Below the pieces are notes generated by a model. That model made no database searches and was not told the origin of the DNA. It saw only the letters and a program-made list of their open reading frames with translations. The position numbers and the translations under genes are program-made. Shown here piece after piece: positions 1-15,900 of a stretch of DNA of 64,000 nt. Origin of the DNA: the human T2T-CHM13v2.0 reference genome, Homo sapiens; assembly GCF_009914755.1 (NCBI RefSeq), contig NC_060933.1; one strand, written 5' to 3'. The first letter of the stretch is position 1; each line of letters starts with the position of its first letter.

Positions 1-371
1 GGGTTGATTCCATTCCATTCCATTCCATTCCGTTCCATTCCATTCCATTCCATTCCATTCCGGATTATTCCATTCCATTGCATTCCGTTCCATTACATTC
101 CCCTGCACTCGCGTTGATTCCATTCTATTCCATTCCATTCCAGTCCATTACAATTCGTTCCATTCCATTCTATTCCGTACCATTCCATTCCATTCCATTC
201 CATTCCATTCCATTCCATTCCATTCCGTTCCGTTCCGTTCCGTTCCATTCCATTCCATTCCATTCTATTCGAATTAATTCCATTCCATTCCATTCCATTC
301 CATTCTATTCCATTCCATTGCAATCGAGTTGAATCCATTGCATTTCATTCCATTCCATTCCATTCCATTCC

Positions 372-386
372 ATTCCGGAAGATTCC
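372..386. promoter_or_regulatory. Perfect heat-shock-element-like word aTTCc-gGAAg-aTTCc (first of ~24 copies)
   Basis: ATTCCGGAAGATTCC matches the canonical HSE of three alternating nGAAn pentamers. Function is inferred from the motif match and known HSF1 binding to SatIII, not shown here. Confidence 0.6.
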
Positions 387-3300
387 ATTTCATTGCATTC
401 CATTCCATTCCATTCCCCTGCACTCGCGTTGATTCCATTCCATTCCATTCCATTCCGTTCCGTTCCTTTCCATTCCATTCCATTCCATTCCATTCCGTTC
501 CGTTCCATTCCATTCCATTCCATTCTATTCGGGTTAATTCCATTCCATTCCATTCGATTGCAATCGAGTTGATTCCATTCCTTTCCATTCCATTCCATTC
601 CATTCCATTCCATTCCATTCCATTCCTTTCCATTCCATTACGGATGATTCCATTCCATTGCATTCCATGCCATTCCATTCCCCTGTACTCGGGTTGATTC
701 CATTCCATTCCATTCCAAGCCATGCCATTCCACTCGTGTTGATTCCATTCTTTCCATTCCATTCAAGTTGAATCCATTCCATTGCATTCCATTCCATTCC
801 ATTCCCCTGCAGTCGGGTTGATTCCATTGCATTCCATTCCATTCCATTCCATTCCGTTCCGTTCCTTTCCATTCCATTCCATTCCATTCCATTCTATTCG
901 GGTTAATTCCATTCCATTCCATTCCATTCCATTCCATTCCATTCCAATCGAGTTGATTCCATTCCATTCCATTCCATTCCATTCCACTCCATTCCAGTCC
1001 TTTCCATTCCATTCCACTCTGGTTGATTCCAATGTATTCCTTTCCATTCCATTCCATTCCATTGCAATCGAGTTGATTCCATTGCTTTGCATTCCATTCC
1101 ATTCCATTCCATTCCGGATGATTCCATTCCATTGCTTTCCATTCCATTCCATTCCCCTGCACTCGGGTTGATTCCATTCCATTCCACTCCATTCCGTTCC
1201 ATTCCATTCCATTCCATTGTATTCGGGTAAATTCCATTCCATTCCATTCCATTCCATTCCATTCCATTACAATCAAGTTGATTCCATTCCATTCCATTCC
1301 ATTCCATTCCAGTCCTTTCCCTTCCATTCCACTCGGGTTGATTCCATTCTATTAATTTCCATTCCATTCCATTCCCTTCCATTCCACTCTGGTCGATACC
1401 ATTCCTTTCCATTCCACTCGAATACATTCCCTCCTATTCCACTCGGAACGATTCCATTCCATTCCATTCCATTCCATTCCATTCCATTCCATTCCATTCC
1501 ATTCCATTTCGTTCCATTCCATTCTATTCCGTATCATTCCATTCCATTCCATTCCATTCCATTCCATTGTACTCAGGTTGATTCAATTCCATTGCATTCC
1601 ATTCCATTCCATTCCATTCCATTCCATTCCGTTGCATTCCATTCCATTACATTCGGATTGATTCTATTCAACTCCCTTACTCTCCATTACATTCCATTCC
1701 ATTCGGGTTGTTCCATTCCATTCCATTCCATTCCACTCCATTCCATTGTACTCGGGTTTATTCCATTCCATTCCATTCCGGAAGATTCCATTCCATTGCA
1801 TTCCATTCCATTCCATTCCCCTGCACTCGCGTTGATTCCACTCCATTCCATTCCATTCCATTCCATTCCATTCCTTTCCGTTCCATTCCATTCCATTCCA
1901 TTCCATTCCATTCCATTCCATTCCGTTCCGTTCCATTCCGTTCCGTTCCATTCCATTCCATTCCATTCTATTCGGGTTAATTCCATTCCATTCCATTCGA
2001 CTGTAATCGAGTTGATTCCATTCCATTCCATTCCATTCCATTCCATTCCATTCCATTCCTTTCCATTCCATTACGGATGATTCCATTCCATTGCATTCCA
2101 TTCCATTCCATTCCCCTGTACTCGGGTTGATTCCATTCCATTCCATTCCAATCCATGCCATTCCTCTCGTGTTGATTCCCTTCTTTCCATTCCATTCAAG
2201 TTGAATCCATTACATTGCATTCCCTTCCATTCGATTCCATTCGATTGCACTCGGGTTGATTCCATTCCATTGCATTCCATTCCATTCCATTCCATTCCAT
2301 TCCATTCCGTTCCATTCCATTCCATTCCATTCGGATTGATTCTATTCAATTCCCTTACACTTCATTACATTCCATTCCATTCGGGTAGTTTCCACTCCAT
2401 TCCATTCCATTCCTCTCCATTCCATTGCACTCGGGTTGATTCCATTCCATTGCACTCCATTCCATTCCATTTCATTCCTTTCCATTCCTTTCCATTCCAT
2501 TCCATTCCATTCCATTCCATTCCATTCCATTGCAATCCAGTTGATTCCATTCCATTCCTTTCCATTCCATTCCATTGCCTTGCATTCCACTCGGCTTGAT
2601 TCCATTCCCTTCTTTCCACTCCATTACATTCCCTTCCATTCCACTCAGAATGATTGATTCCATTCCATTCCATTCCATTTCATTCCATTGCAATCCATTC
2701 CAATCCATTCCATTCCATTCCATTCCATTCCATTCCGTTCCATTGCATTACATTCGGATTGATTCTTTTCAAATCCCTTACTCTCCATTACATTCCATTC
2801 CATTCGGATTGTTCCATTCCATTCCATTCCATTCCACTCCATTCCATTGCACTCGGGTTGATTCCATTCCATTCCATTCCATTCCATTCCATTCCATTCC
2901 ATTCCGGAAGATTCCATTCCATTGCATTACATTCCATTCAATTCCCCTGCACTCGCGTTGATTCCATTCCATTCCATTCTATTCCATTCCATTCCCTTCC
3001 TTTCCGTTCCACTCCATTCCATTCCATTCCATTCCATTCCATTCCATTCCGTTCCGTTCCATTCCATTCCATTGCATTCTATTCGGGTTAATTCCATTCC
3101 ATTCCATTCGATTGCAATCGAGTTGATTCCATTCCATTCCATTCCATTCCATTCCATTCCTTTCCATTCCATTACGGATGATTCCATTCCATTGCATTCC
3201 ATTCCATTCCATTCCCCTATACTCGGGTTGATTCCATTCCATTCCATTCCAATCCATGCCATTCCACTCGTGTTGATTCCATTCTTTCCATTCCATTCAA

Positions 3301-6300
3301 GTTGAATCCATTCCATTGCATTCCATTCCATTCGATTCCATTCGATTGCACTCGGGTTGATTCCATTCCATTGCATTCCATTCCATTCCATTCCATTCCA
3401 TTCCAATCCATTCCATTCCGTTCCATTCCATTTGATTACATTCAGATTAATTCTATTCAATTCCCTTACACTCCATTATATTCCAATCCATTCTGGTTGT
3501 TTCCATTCCATTCCATTCCATTTCACTCCATTCCATTGCACTCGGGTTGATTCCATTCCATTCCATTCCATTGCATTCCATTCCATTCCATTCCGGATGA
3601 TTCCATTCCATTGCATTCCATTCCATTCCATTCCCCTGCACTCGGGTTGATTCCATTCCATTCCATTACATTACATTCCGTTCTATTCCATTCCATTCCA
3701 TTCGGATTGATTCTATTCAATTCCCTTACACTCCATTACATTCCATTCCATTCGGGTAGTTTCCATTCCATTCCATTCCATTCCTCTCCATTCCATTGCA
3801 CTCGGGTTGATTCCATTCCATTCCATTCCATTCCATTCCATTACATTACATTACATTCCGTTCCGTTGTACTCGGGTTGATTCCATTCCATTGCATTCCA
3901 TTCCATTCCATTCCATTCCATTCCATTCCATTCCATTCCGTTCCATTCCATTACATTCGGATTGATTCTGTTCAAGTCCCTTACTCTCCATTACATTCCA
4001 TTCCATTCGGGTTGTTCCATTCCATTCCATTCCATTCCACTCCATTCCATTGCGCTTGGGTTGATTCCATTCCATTCCATTGCATTCCATTCCATTCCAT
4101 TCCATTCCAATTCTTTCCATTCCATTCTATTCCGTACCATTCCATTCCATTCCATACAATTCCATTCCATTCCTTTCCACTCCGTTCCGTTCCGTTCCGT
4201 TCTGTTCCATTCCATTCCATTCCATTCCATTCTATTCGATTTAATTCCATTGCATTCCATTCCATTCCATTCCATTCTATTCCATTCCATTGCAATCGAG
4301 TTGAATCCATTGCATTCCATTCCATTCCATTCCATTCCATTCCATTCCATTCCATTCCGGAAGATTCCATTCCATTGCATTCCATTCCATTCCATTCCAT
4401 TCCATTGCATTCCATTCCATTCCATTCCATTCCATTCCATTCCATTCCATTCCATTGTACTCGGGTTGATTCCATTCCATTGCATTCCATTCCATTCCAT
4501 TCCATTCCATTCCATTCCGTTCCATTCCATTACATTACATTCGGATTGATTCTTTTCAACTCCCTTACTCTCCATTACATTCCATTCCATTCGGGTTGTT
4601 CCATTCCATTCCATTCCATTCCACTCCATTCCATTGCACTCGGGTTGATTCCATTCCATTCCATTCCATTCCATTCCGGATGATTCCATTCCATTGCATT
4701 CCGTTCCATTACATTCCCCTGCACTCGGATTGATTCCATTCCATTCCTTTCCATTCCATTCGATTCCATTCCATTCCCCTGCACTCGCGTTGATTCCATT
4801 CCATTCCATTCCATTCCATTCCATTCCATTCCATTCCATTCCTTTCCGTTCCATTCCATTCCATTCCATTCCATTCCGTTCCGTTCCATTCCATTCCATT
4901 CCATTCTATTCGGGTTAATTCCATTCCATTCCATTCGATTGCAATCGAGTTGATTCCATTCCATTCCATTCCATTCCATTCCATTCCAGTCCTTTCCATT
5001 CCTTTCCATTCCATTAGTGATGATTCCATTCCATTGCTTTCCATTCCATTCCATTCCCCTGTACTCGGGTTGATTCCATTCCATTCCATTCCAATCCATG
5101 CCATTCCACTCGTGTTGATTCCACTCTTTCCTTTCCATTCAAGTTGAATCTATTCCATTGCATTCCATTCCATTCGATTCCATTCGATTGCACTCGGGTT
5201 GATTCCATTCCATTGCATTCCATTGCACTCCATTCCATTCCATTCCATTCCATTCCGTTCCATTCCATTTCATTACATTCAGATTGATTCTATTCAATTC
5301 CCTTACACTCCATTATATTCCAATCCATTCTGGTTGTTTCCATTCCATTCCATTCCATTTCACTCCATTCCATTGCACTCGGGTTGATTCCATTCCATTC
5401 CATTCCATTGCATTCCATTCCATTCCATTCCGGAGGATTCCATTCCATTGCATTCCATTCCATTCCATTCCCCTGCACTCGGGTTGATTCCATTCCATTC
5501 CATTCCATTACATTTCGTTCCATTCCATTCCATTCCATTCGGATTGATTCTATTCAATTCCCTTACACTCCATTACATTCCATTCCATTCGGGTAGTTTC
5601 CATTCCATTCCATTCCATTCCTCTCCATTCCATTGCACTCGGGTTGATTCCATTCTTTTCCATTCCATTCCATTCCATTCCATTCCATTACATTACATTC
5701 CATTCCATTCCGTTCCATTGTCCTCGGGTTGATTCCATTCCATTGCATTCCATTCCATTCCATTCCATTCCATTCCATTCCATTCCATTCCATTCCGTTT
5801 CATTCCATTACATTCGGATTGATTCTATTCAACTCCCTTACTCTCCATTACATTCCATTCCATTCGGGTTGTTCCATTCCATTCCATTCCATTCCACTCC
5901 ATTCCATTGCACTCGGGTTGATTCCATTCCATTCCATTCCATTCCATTCGATTCCATTCCATTCCAATTCTTTCCATTCCATTCTATTCCGTACCATGCC
6001 ATTCCATTCCATACAATTCCATTCCATTCCATTCCACTCCGTTCCGTTCCGTTCCGTTCCGTTCCATTCCATTCCATTCCATTCTATTCGGGTTAATTCC
6101 ATTCCATTCCATTCGATTGCAATCGAGTTGATTCCATTCCATTAAATTCCATTCCATTCCATTGCATTCCTTTCCATTCCATTACGGATGATTCCATTCC
6201 ATTGCATTCCATTCCATTCCATTCCCCTGTACTCGGGTTGATTCCATTCCATTCCATTCCAATCCATGCCATTCCACTCGTGTTGATTCCATTCTTTCCA

Positions 6301-8159
6301 TTCCATTCAAGTTGAATCCATTCCATTGCCTTCCATTCCATTCCATTCCGCTGCAGTCGGGTTGATTCCATTCCATTCCATTCCATTCCATTCCATTCCA
6401 TTACATTACGTTCCGTTCCATTCCATTCCATTCCATTCTATTCGGGTTAATTCCATTCCATTCCATTCGATTGCAATCGAGTTGATTCCATTCCATTCCA
6501 TTCCATTCCATTCCATTCCTTTCCATTCCATTACGGTTGATTCCATTCCATTGCATTCCATTCCATTCCATTCCCCTGTACTCGGGTTGATTCCATTCCA
6601 TTCCATTCCAATCCATGCCATTCCACTCGTGTTGATTCCATTCTTTCCATTCCATTCAAGTTGAATCCATTCCATTGCATTGCATTCCATTCGATTCCAT
6701 TCGATTGCACTCGGGTTGATTCCATTCCATTCCATTCCATTCCATTCCATTCCATTCCATTCCGTTCCATTCCATTCCATTACATTCGGATTGATTCTAT
6801 TCAATTCCCTTACACTCCATTACATTCCATTCGGGTAGTTTCCATTGCATTCCATTCCCTTCCTCTCCATTCCATTGCACTCGGGTTGATTCCATTCCAT
6901 TGCATTCCATTCCATTCCATTCAATTCCATTCCGTTCCATTCCATTCCATTACATTCGGATTGATTCTATTCAACTCCCTTACTCTCCATTACATTCCAT
7001 TCCATTCGGGTTGTTCCATTCCATTCCATTACATTCCACTCCATTCCATTGCACTCGGGTTGATTCCATTCCATTCCATTCCATTCCATTCCATTGCGGA
7101 AGATTCCATTCCATTGCATTCCATTCCATTCCATTCCCCTGCACTCGCGTTGACTCCATTCCATTCCATTCTATTCCATTCCATTCCCTTCCTTTACGTT
7201 CCATTCCATTCCATTCCATTCCATTCCATTCCATTCCGTTCCGTTCCATTCCATTCCATTCCACTCTATTCGGGTTAATTCCATTCCATTCCATTCAATT
7301 GCAATCGAGTTGATTCCATTCCATTCCATTCCATTCCATTCCATTCCTTTCCATTCCATTACGGATGATTCCATTCCATTGCATTCCATTCCATTCCATT
7401 CCCCTGTACTCGGGTTGATTCCATTCCATTCCATTCCAATCCATGCCATTCCACTCGTGTTGATTCCTTTCTTTCCATTCCATTCAAGTTGAATCCATTC
7501 CATTGCATTCCTTTCCATTCGATTCCATTCGATTGCACTCGGGTTGATTCCATTCCACTGCATTCCATTCCATTCCATTCCATTCCATTCCATTCCATTC
7601 CATTCCGTTCCATTACATTCCATTACATTCGGATTGATTCTATTCAATTCCCTTAGACTCCATTACATTCCATTCCATTCGGGTAGTTTCCATTCCATTC
7701 CATTCCATTCCTCTCCATTCCATTGAACTCGGGTTGATTCCATTCCATTCCATTCCATTCCATTCCATTCAATTCCATTCCGTTCCATTCCATTCCATTA
7801 CATTCAGATTGATTCTATTCAATTCCCTTACACTCCATTACATTCCATTCAGGTAGTTTCCATTGTATTCCATTCCATTCCTCTCCATTCCATTGCACTC
7901 GGGTTGATTCCATTCCATTCCATTCCATTCCATTCCATTCCATTCAGGATGGTTCCATTCCATTGCATTCCGTTCCATTACATTCCCCTGCACTCGCGTT
8001 GATTCCATTCCATTCCATTCCATTCCATTCCATTCCTTTCCATTACAATTCGTTCCATTCCATTCTATTCCGTACCATTCCATTCCATTCCATACCATTC
8101 CATTCCATTCCATTCCATTCCATTCCATTCCTTTCCGTTCCATTCTGTTCCATTGCATT

Positions 8160-11100
8160 CCATTCCATTCTATTTGGGTTAATTGCATTCGATTCCATTC
8201 CTTTCCATTCCATTACGGATGATTCCATTCCATTGCATTCCATTCCATTCCATTCCCCTCTACTCGGGTTGATTCCATTCCATTCCATTCCAATCCATGC
8301 CATTCCACTCGTGTTGATTCCATTCTTTCCATTCCATTCAAGTTGAATGCATTCCATTGCATTCCATTCCATTCCATTCCTCTGCAGTCGGGTTGATTCC
8401 ATTCCATTCCATTCCATTCCATTCCATTCTGTTCCGTTCCATTCCATTCCATTCCATTCCATTCTATTCGGGTTAATTCCATTCCATTCCATTCCATTCG
8501 ATTGCAATCGAGTTGATTCCATTCCATTCCATTCCATTCCATTCCATTCCATTCCAGTCCTTTCCATTCCATTCGACTCGGGTTTATTCCAATGTATTCC
8601 TTTCCATTCCATTCCATTCCATTGCAATCGAGTTGATTCCATTGCTATGCATTCCATTCCATTCCATTCCATTCCGGATGATTCCATTCCATTCCATTCC
8701 ATTCCATTCCATTCCATTCCATTCCATTTCGTTCCATTCCATTCTATTCCGTATCATTCCATTCCATTCCATTCCATTCCATTCCATTCCATTCCATTCC
8801 ATTCCATTCCATTGTACTCGGGTTGATTCCATTCCATTGCATTCGATTCCATTCCATTCCATTCCATTCCGTTGCATTCCATTCCATTACATTCGGATTC
8901 ATTCTATTCAACTCCCTTACTCTCCATTACATTCCATTCCATTCGGGTTGTTCCATTCCATTCCATTCCATTCCATTCCATTCCATTTCACTCGGGTTGA
9001 TTCCATTCCATTCCATTCCATTCCATTCCATTCCATTCCATTCCATTCCATTCCATTCCATTCCATTCCGGATGATTCCATTCCATTCCATTCGGGTTGT
9101 TCCATTCCATTCCATTCCATTCCATTCCATTCCATTCCATTTCACTCGGGTTGATTCCATTCCATTCCATTCCATTCCATTCCATTCCATTCCATTCCAT
9201 TCCGGATGATTCCATTCCATTGCATTCCGTTCCATTACATTCCCCTGCTCTCGCGTTGATTCCATTCCATTCCATTCCATTCCATTCAATCCCATTCCAT
9301 TACAGTTCGTTCCATTCCATTCTATTCCGTAGCATTCCATTCCATTCCATACCATTCCATTCCATTCCATTCCTTTCCATTCGGTTCCATTCCGTTCCAT
9401 TCCATTCCATTCCATTCTATTCGGATTAATTCCATTCCATTCCATTCCATTCCATTCCATTCTATTCCATTCCATTGCAATCGAGTTGAATCCATTGCAT
9501 TTCATTCCATTCCATTCCATTCCATTCCATTCCGGAAGATTCCATTCCATTGCATTCCATTCCATTCCATTCCCCTGCACTCGCTTTGATTCCATGCCAT
9601 TCCATTCCATTCCATTCCATTCCATTCCGTTCCGTTCCATTCCATTCCATTCCATTCCATTCCATTCCGTTCCGTTCCATTCCATTCCATTCCATTCTAT
9701 TCGGGTTAATTCCATTCCATTCCATTCGATTGCAATCGAGTTGATTCCATTCCATTCCATTCCATTCCATTTCATTCCATTCCATTCCTATCCATTCCAT
9801 TACGGATGATTCCATTCCATTGCATTCCATTGCATTCTATTCCCCTGTACTTGGGTTGATTCCATTCCATTCCATTCCATCCCATGCCTTTCCACTCGTG
9901 TTGATTCCATTCTTTCCATTCCATTCAAGTTGAATCCATTCCATTGCACTCCATTCCATTCGATTCCATTCGATTGCAGTCGGGTTGATTCCATTCCATT
10001 GCATTCCATTTCATTCCATTCCGTTCCATTCCATTCCATTCCGAATGATTCCATTCCATTTCATTCCGTTCCATTACATACCCCTGCACTCGGGTTGATT
10101 CCATTCCATTCCATTCCATTCCATTCGATTCCATTCCATTCCAATTCTTTCCATTCCATTCTATTCCGTACCATTCCATTCCATTCCATACAATTCCATT
10201 CCACTCCATTGCACTCTGTTCCGTTCCGTTCCGTTCCGGTCCGTTCCATTCCATTCCATTCCATTCTATTCGGTTTAATTCCATTCCATTCCATTCCGTT
10301 CCATTGCAATCGAGTTGAATCCATTGCTTTCCATTCCATTCCATTCCATTCCATTCCATTCCGGAAGATTCCATTCCATTGCATTCCATTCCATTCCATT
10401 CCATTCTATTCCATTCCATTCTATTCCATTGTACTCGGGTTGATTCCATTCCATTGCATTCCATTCCATTCCATTCCATTCCATTCCATTCCGTTCCATT
10501 CCATTCCATTCCATTCGGATTGATTCTTTTCAACTCCCTTACTCTCCATTACATTCCATTTCATTCGGGTTGTTCCATTCCATTCCATTCCTTTCCACTC
10601 CATTCCATTGCACTCGGGTTGATTCCATTCCATTCCATTCCATTCTATTCGGGTTAATTGCATTCCATTCCATTCCTTTCCATTCCATTACGGATGATTC
10701 CATTCCATTGCATTCCATTCCATTCCATTCCCCTCTACTCGGGTTGATTCCATTCCATTCCATTCCAATCCATGCCATTCCACTCGTGTTGATTCCATTC
10801 TTTCCATTCCATTCAAGTTGAATGCATTCCATTGCATTCCATTCCATTCCATTCCTCTGCAGTCGGGTTGATTCCTTTCCATTCCATTCCATTCCATTCC
10901 ATTGCATTCCATTCTGTTCCGTTCCATTCCATTCCATTCCATTCCATTCTATTCGGGTTAATTCCATTCCATTCCATTCCATTCCATTCCAATGGAGTTG
11001 ATTCCATTCCATTCCATTCCATTCCATTCCATTCCATTCCAGTCCTTTCCATTCCATTCCACTCGGGTTTATTCCAATGTATTCCTTTACATTCCATTCC

Positions 11101-12950
11101 ATTCCATTGCAATCGAGTTGATTCCATTGCCTTGCATTCCATTCCATTCCATTCCATTCCGGATGATTCCATTCCATTACATTCCATTCCATTCCATTCC
11201 ATTTCGTTCCATTCCATTCTATTCCGTATCATTCCATTCCATTCCATTCCATTCCATTCCATTCCATTCACTTGTACTCGGGTTAATTCCATTCCATTGC
11301 ATTCGATTCCATTCCATTCCATTCCATTCCGTTGCATTCCATTCCATTACATTCGGATTCATTCTATTCAACTCCCTTACTCTCCATTACATTCCATTCC
11401 ATTCGGGTTGTTCCATTCCATTCCATTCCATTCCATTCCATTCCATTTCACTCGGGTTGATTCCATTCCATTCCATTCCATTCCATTCCATTCCATTCCA
11501 TTCCATTCCATTCCGGATGATTCCATTCCATTGCATTCCGTTCCATTACATTCCCCTGCTCTCGCGTTGATTCCATTCCATTCCATTCCATTCCATTCAA
11601 TCCCATTCCATTACAGTTCGTTCCAATCCATTCTATTCCGTAGCATTCCATTCCATTCCATACCATTCCATTCCATTCCATTCCATTCCACTCGGTTCCA
11701 TTCCGTTCCATTCCATTCCATTCCATTCTATTCGGATTAATTCCATTCCATTCCATTCCATTCCATTCTATTCCATTCCATTGCAATCGAGTTGAATCCA
11801 TTGCATTTCATTCCATTCCATTCCATTCCATTCCGGAAGATTCCATTCCATTGCATTCCATTCCATTCCATTCCCCTGCACTCGCTTTGATTCCATTCCA
11901 TTCCATTCCATTCCGTTCCATTCCATTCCGTTCCGTTCCATTCCATTCCATTCCATTCCATTCCATTCCATTCCGTTCCGTTCCATTCCATTCCATTCCA
12001 TTCTATTGGGGTTAATTCCATTCCATTCCATTCGATTGCAATCGAATTGATTCCATTTCATTCCATTCCATTTCATTCCATTCCATTCCATTCCTATCCA
12101 TTCCATTACGGATGATTCCATTCCATTGCATTCCATTGCATTCCATTCCCCTGTACTTGGGTTGATTCCATTCCATTCCATTCCATCCCATGCCATTCCA
12201 CTCGTGTTGATTCCATTCTTTCCATTCCATTCAAGTTGAATCCATTCCATTGCATTCCATTCCATTCGATTCCATTCGATTGCAGTCGGGTTGATTCCAT
12301 TCCATTGCATTCCATTGCATTCCATTCCATTCCATTCCATTCCATTCCGGATGATTCCATTCCATTTCATTCCGTTCCATTACATACCCCTGCACTCGGG
12401 TTGATTCCATTCCATTCCATTCCATTCCATTCCATTCCATTCCATTCCATTCCAATTCTTTCCATTCCATTCTATTCCGTACCATTCCATTCCATTCCAT
12501 ACAATTCCATTCCACTCCATTCCACTCTGTTCCGTTCCGGTCCGTTCCGGTCCGTTCCATTCCATTCCATTCCATTCTATTCGGTTTAATTCCATTCCAT
12601 TCCATTCCGTTCCATTGCAATCGAGTTGAATCCATTGCATTCCATTCCATTCCATTCCATTCCATTCCATTCCGGAAGATTCCATTCCATTGCATTCCAT
12701 TCCATTCCATTCCATTCTATTCCATTCCATTCTATTCCATTGTACTCGTGTTGATTCCATTCCATTGCATTCCATTCCATTCCATTCCATTCCATTCCAT
12801 TCCGTTCCATTCCATTCCATTCCATTCGGATTGATTCTTTTCAACTCCCTTACTCTCCATTACATTCCATTTCATTCGGGTTGTTCCATTCCATTCCATT
12901 CCTTTTCACTCCATTCCATTGCACTCGGGTTGATTCCATTCCATTCCATT
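8160..12950 (+). repeat. Tandem duplication of ~2.3-2.5 kb (copies ~8160-10635 and ~10636-12950)
   Basis: Shared variants: ttaattgcattc (8179/10654), ccctctactc, aagttgaatgc, cggattcattc, ttacatacccc and ccggtccgtt. ORF offsets are 2475 then 2311. Confidence 0.85.
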
Positions 12951-15900
12951 CCATTCCATTCCGGATGATTCCATTGCATTCCGTTCCATTACATTCCCCT
13001 GCACTCGCGTTGATTCCATTCCATTCCATTCCATTCCATTCCTTTCCGTTCCATTCCATTCCATTCCATTCCATTCCGTTCCGTTCCATTCCATTCCATT
13101 CCATTCTATTCGGGTTAATTCCATTCCATTCCATTCGATTGCAATCGAGTTGATTCCATTCCATTCCATTCCATTCCATTCCATTCCATTCCAGTCCTTT
13201 CCATTCCATTACGGATGATTCCATTCCATTGCGTTCCATTCCATTCCATTCCCCTGTACTCGGGTTGATTCCATTCCATTCCATTCAAATCCATGACATT
13301 CCACTCGTGTTGATTCCATTCTTTCCTTTCCATTCAAGTTGAATCCATTCCATTGCATTCCACTCCATTCGATTCCATTCGATTGCACTCGGGTTGATTC
13401 CATTCCATTGCATTCCATTCCATTCCATTCCATTCCATTCCATTCCATTCCATTCCGTTCCATTCCATTTCATTACATTCAGATTGATTCTATTCAATTC
13501 CCTTACACTCCATTATATTCCAATCCATTCTGGTTGTTTCCATTCCATTCCATTCCATTTCACTCCATTCAATTGCACTCGGGTTGATTCCATTCCATTC
13601 CATTCCATTCCATTCCGGATGATTCCATTCCATTGCATTCCATTCCATTCCATTCCTGTGCACTCCTGTTGATTCCATTCCATTCCACTACATTACATTC
13701 GGTTTCATTACATTCCATTCTATTCGGATTTATTCTATTCAATTCCCTTACACTTCATTACATTCCATTCCATTCGGGTAGTTTCCATTCCATTCCATTC
13801 CATTCCTCTCTATTCCATTGCACTCGGGTTGATTCCATTCCATTCCATTCCATTCCATTCCATTCCATTCCTTTCCATTCTATTCCATTCCATTGTACTC
13901 GGGTTGATTCCATTCCATTGCATTCCATTCCATTCCATTCCATTCCGTTCCGTTCCATTCCATTCCATTACATTCGGATTGATTCTATTCAACTCCCTTA
14001 CTCTCCATTACATTCGATTCCATTCGGGTTGTTCCATTCCATTCCATTCCATTCCATTCCACTCCATTCCATTGCACTCGGGTTTATTCCATTACATTCC
14101 ATTCCATTCCGGAATATTCCATTCCATTGCATTCCATTACATTCCGTTCCCCTGCACTCGCGTTGATTCCATTCCATTCCATTCCATTCCAATCCATGCC
14201 ATTCCATTCCATTCCATTCCATTCCATTCCATTCCTTTCCGTTCCATTCCATTCCATTCCATTCCATTCCATTCCATTCCATTCAGTTCCGTTCCGTTCC
14301 ATTCCATTCCATTCCATTCTATTCGGGTTAATTCCATTCCATTCCATTCGATTTCAATCGAGTTGATTCCATTCCATTCCATTCCATTCCATTCCATTCC
14401 ATTCCATTCCTTTCCATTCCATTCCATTCCATGCCATTACACTCGGGTTGATTCCATTCCTTTCCATTCCATTCGGATTGAATCCATTCCACTGCATTCC
14501 ATTCCATTCGAATCCATTCCATTGCTCTCGGGTTGATTCCATTCCATTCCATTCCATTCGATTCCATTCCATTCCATTCCATTCTTTTCCATTGCATTTC
14601 ATTACATTCAGATTGATTCTATTCAATTCCCTTACACTCCATTATATTCCAATCCATTCTGGTTGTTTCCATTCCATTCCATTCCATTTCACTGCATTCC
14701 ATTGCACTCGGTTTGATTCCATTCCATTCCATTCCATTCCATTCCGGATGATTCCATTCCATTGCATTCCATTCCATTCCATTCCCCTGCACTCAGGTTG
14801 ATTCCATTCCATTCCATTCCACTGCATTCGGTTCCGTTCCATTCCATTCTATTGCATTCCATTCTATTCGGGTTAATTCCATTCCATTCTATTCCATTCC
14901 ATTCCATTCCATTCCATTGCAATGGAGTTGATTTCATTCCATTCCATTCCATTCCGGATGATTCCATTCCATTGCATTCCATTCCATTCCATTCCCCTGC
15001 CCTCGTGTTGATTCCATTCCCTTCCATTCCATTCCATTGCATTCCATTCTACTCTGGTTAATTCCATTCCATTCCATTCCATTCCATTCCATTCCATTCC
15101 ATTCCATTCCATTGCAATCGAGTTGATTCCATTCCATTCCTTTCCATTCCATTCCATTGCCTTGCATTCCAATCGGGTTGATTCCATTCCCTTCTTTCCA
15201 CTCCATTACATGCCCTTCCATTCCACTCGGAATGATTGATTCCATTCCATTCCATTCCATTTCATTCCATTGCAATCCATTCCAATCCATTCCATTCCAT
15301 TCCATTCCACTCGAGTTGATTTCATTCCATTCCTTTCCATTCCATTCCATTCCTTTCCACTCGAGTTGATTCCATTCCATTCCATTCCATTCCATTCCAT
15401 TCCATTCCATTCCATTCCATTCCATTCCATTCCGTTGCATTCCATTCCATTACATTCGGATTGATTCTATTCAACTCCCTTACTCTCCATTACATTCCAT
15501 TCCATTCGGGTTGTTTCATTCCATTCCTTTCCGTTCCACTCCATTCAATTGCACTCGGGTTGATTCCATTCCATTCCATTCCATTCCATTCCATTCCATT
15601 CCGGATGATTCCATTCCATTGCATTCCGTTCCATTACATTCCCCTGCACTCGCGTTGATTCCATTCCATTCCACTCCTTTCCATTCAATTCCATTCCATT
15701 ACAATTCGTTCCAATCCATTCTATTCCGTACCATTCCATTCCATTTCATACCATTCCATTCCATTCCATTCCACTCCGTTCCATTCCGTTCCATTCCATT
15801 CCATTCCATTCTATTCGGTTTAATTCCATTCCATTCCATTCCATTCCATTCCATTCCATTTCTATTCCATTCTATTGCAATCGAGTTGAATCCATTGCAT

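Noticed and set aside
1641-1715. Recurring ~45-bp cassette ATTCGGATTGATTCTATTCAACTCCCTTACTCTCC resembling a CRISPR direct repeat
   Set aside because: Spacing is irregular and hundreds of bp long, the intervening DNA is satellite rather than unique spacers, there are no cas genes, and the context is eukaryotic.
14106-14120. ATTCC-GGAAT-ATTCC as a single-pentamer micro-inversion (copy at 21410)
   Set aside because: More simply a one-base variant of the GGAAG word. It is retained only as an HSE variant.
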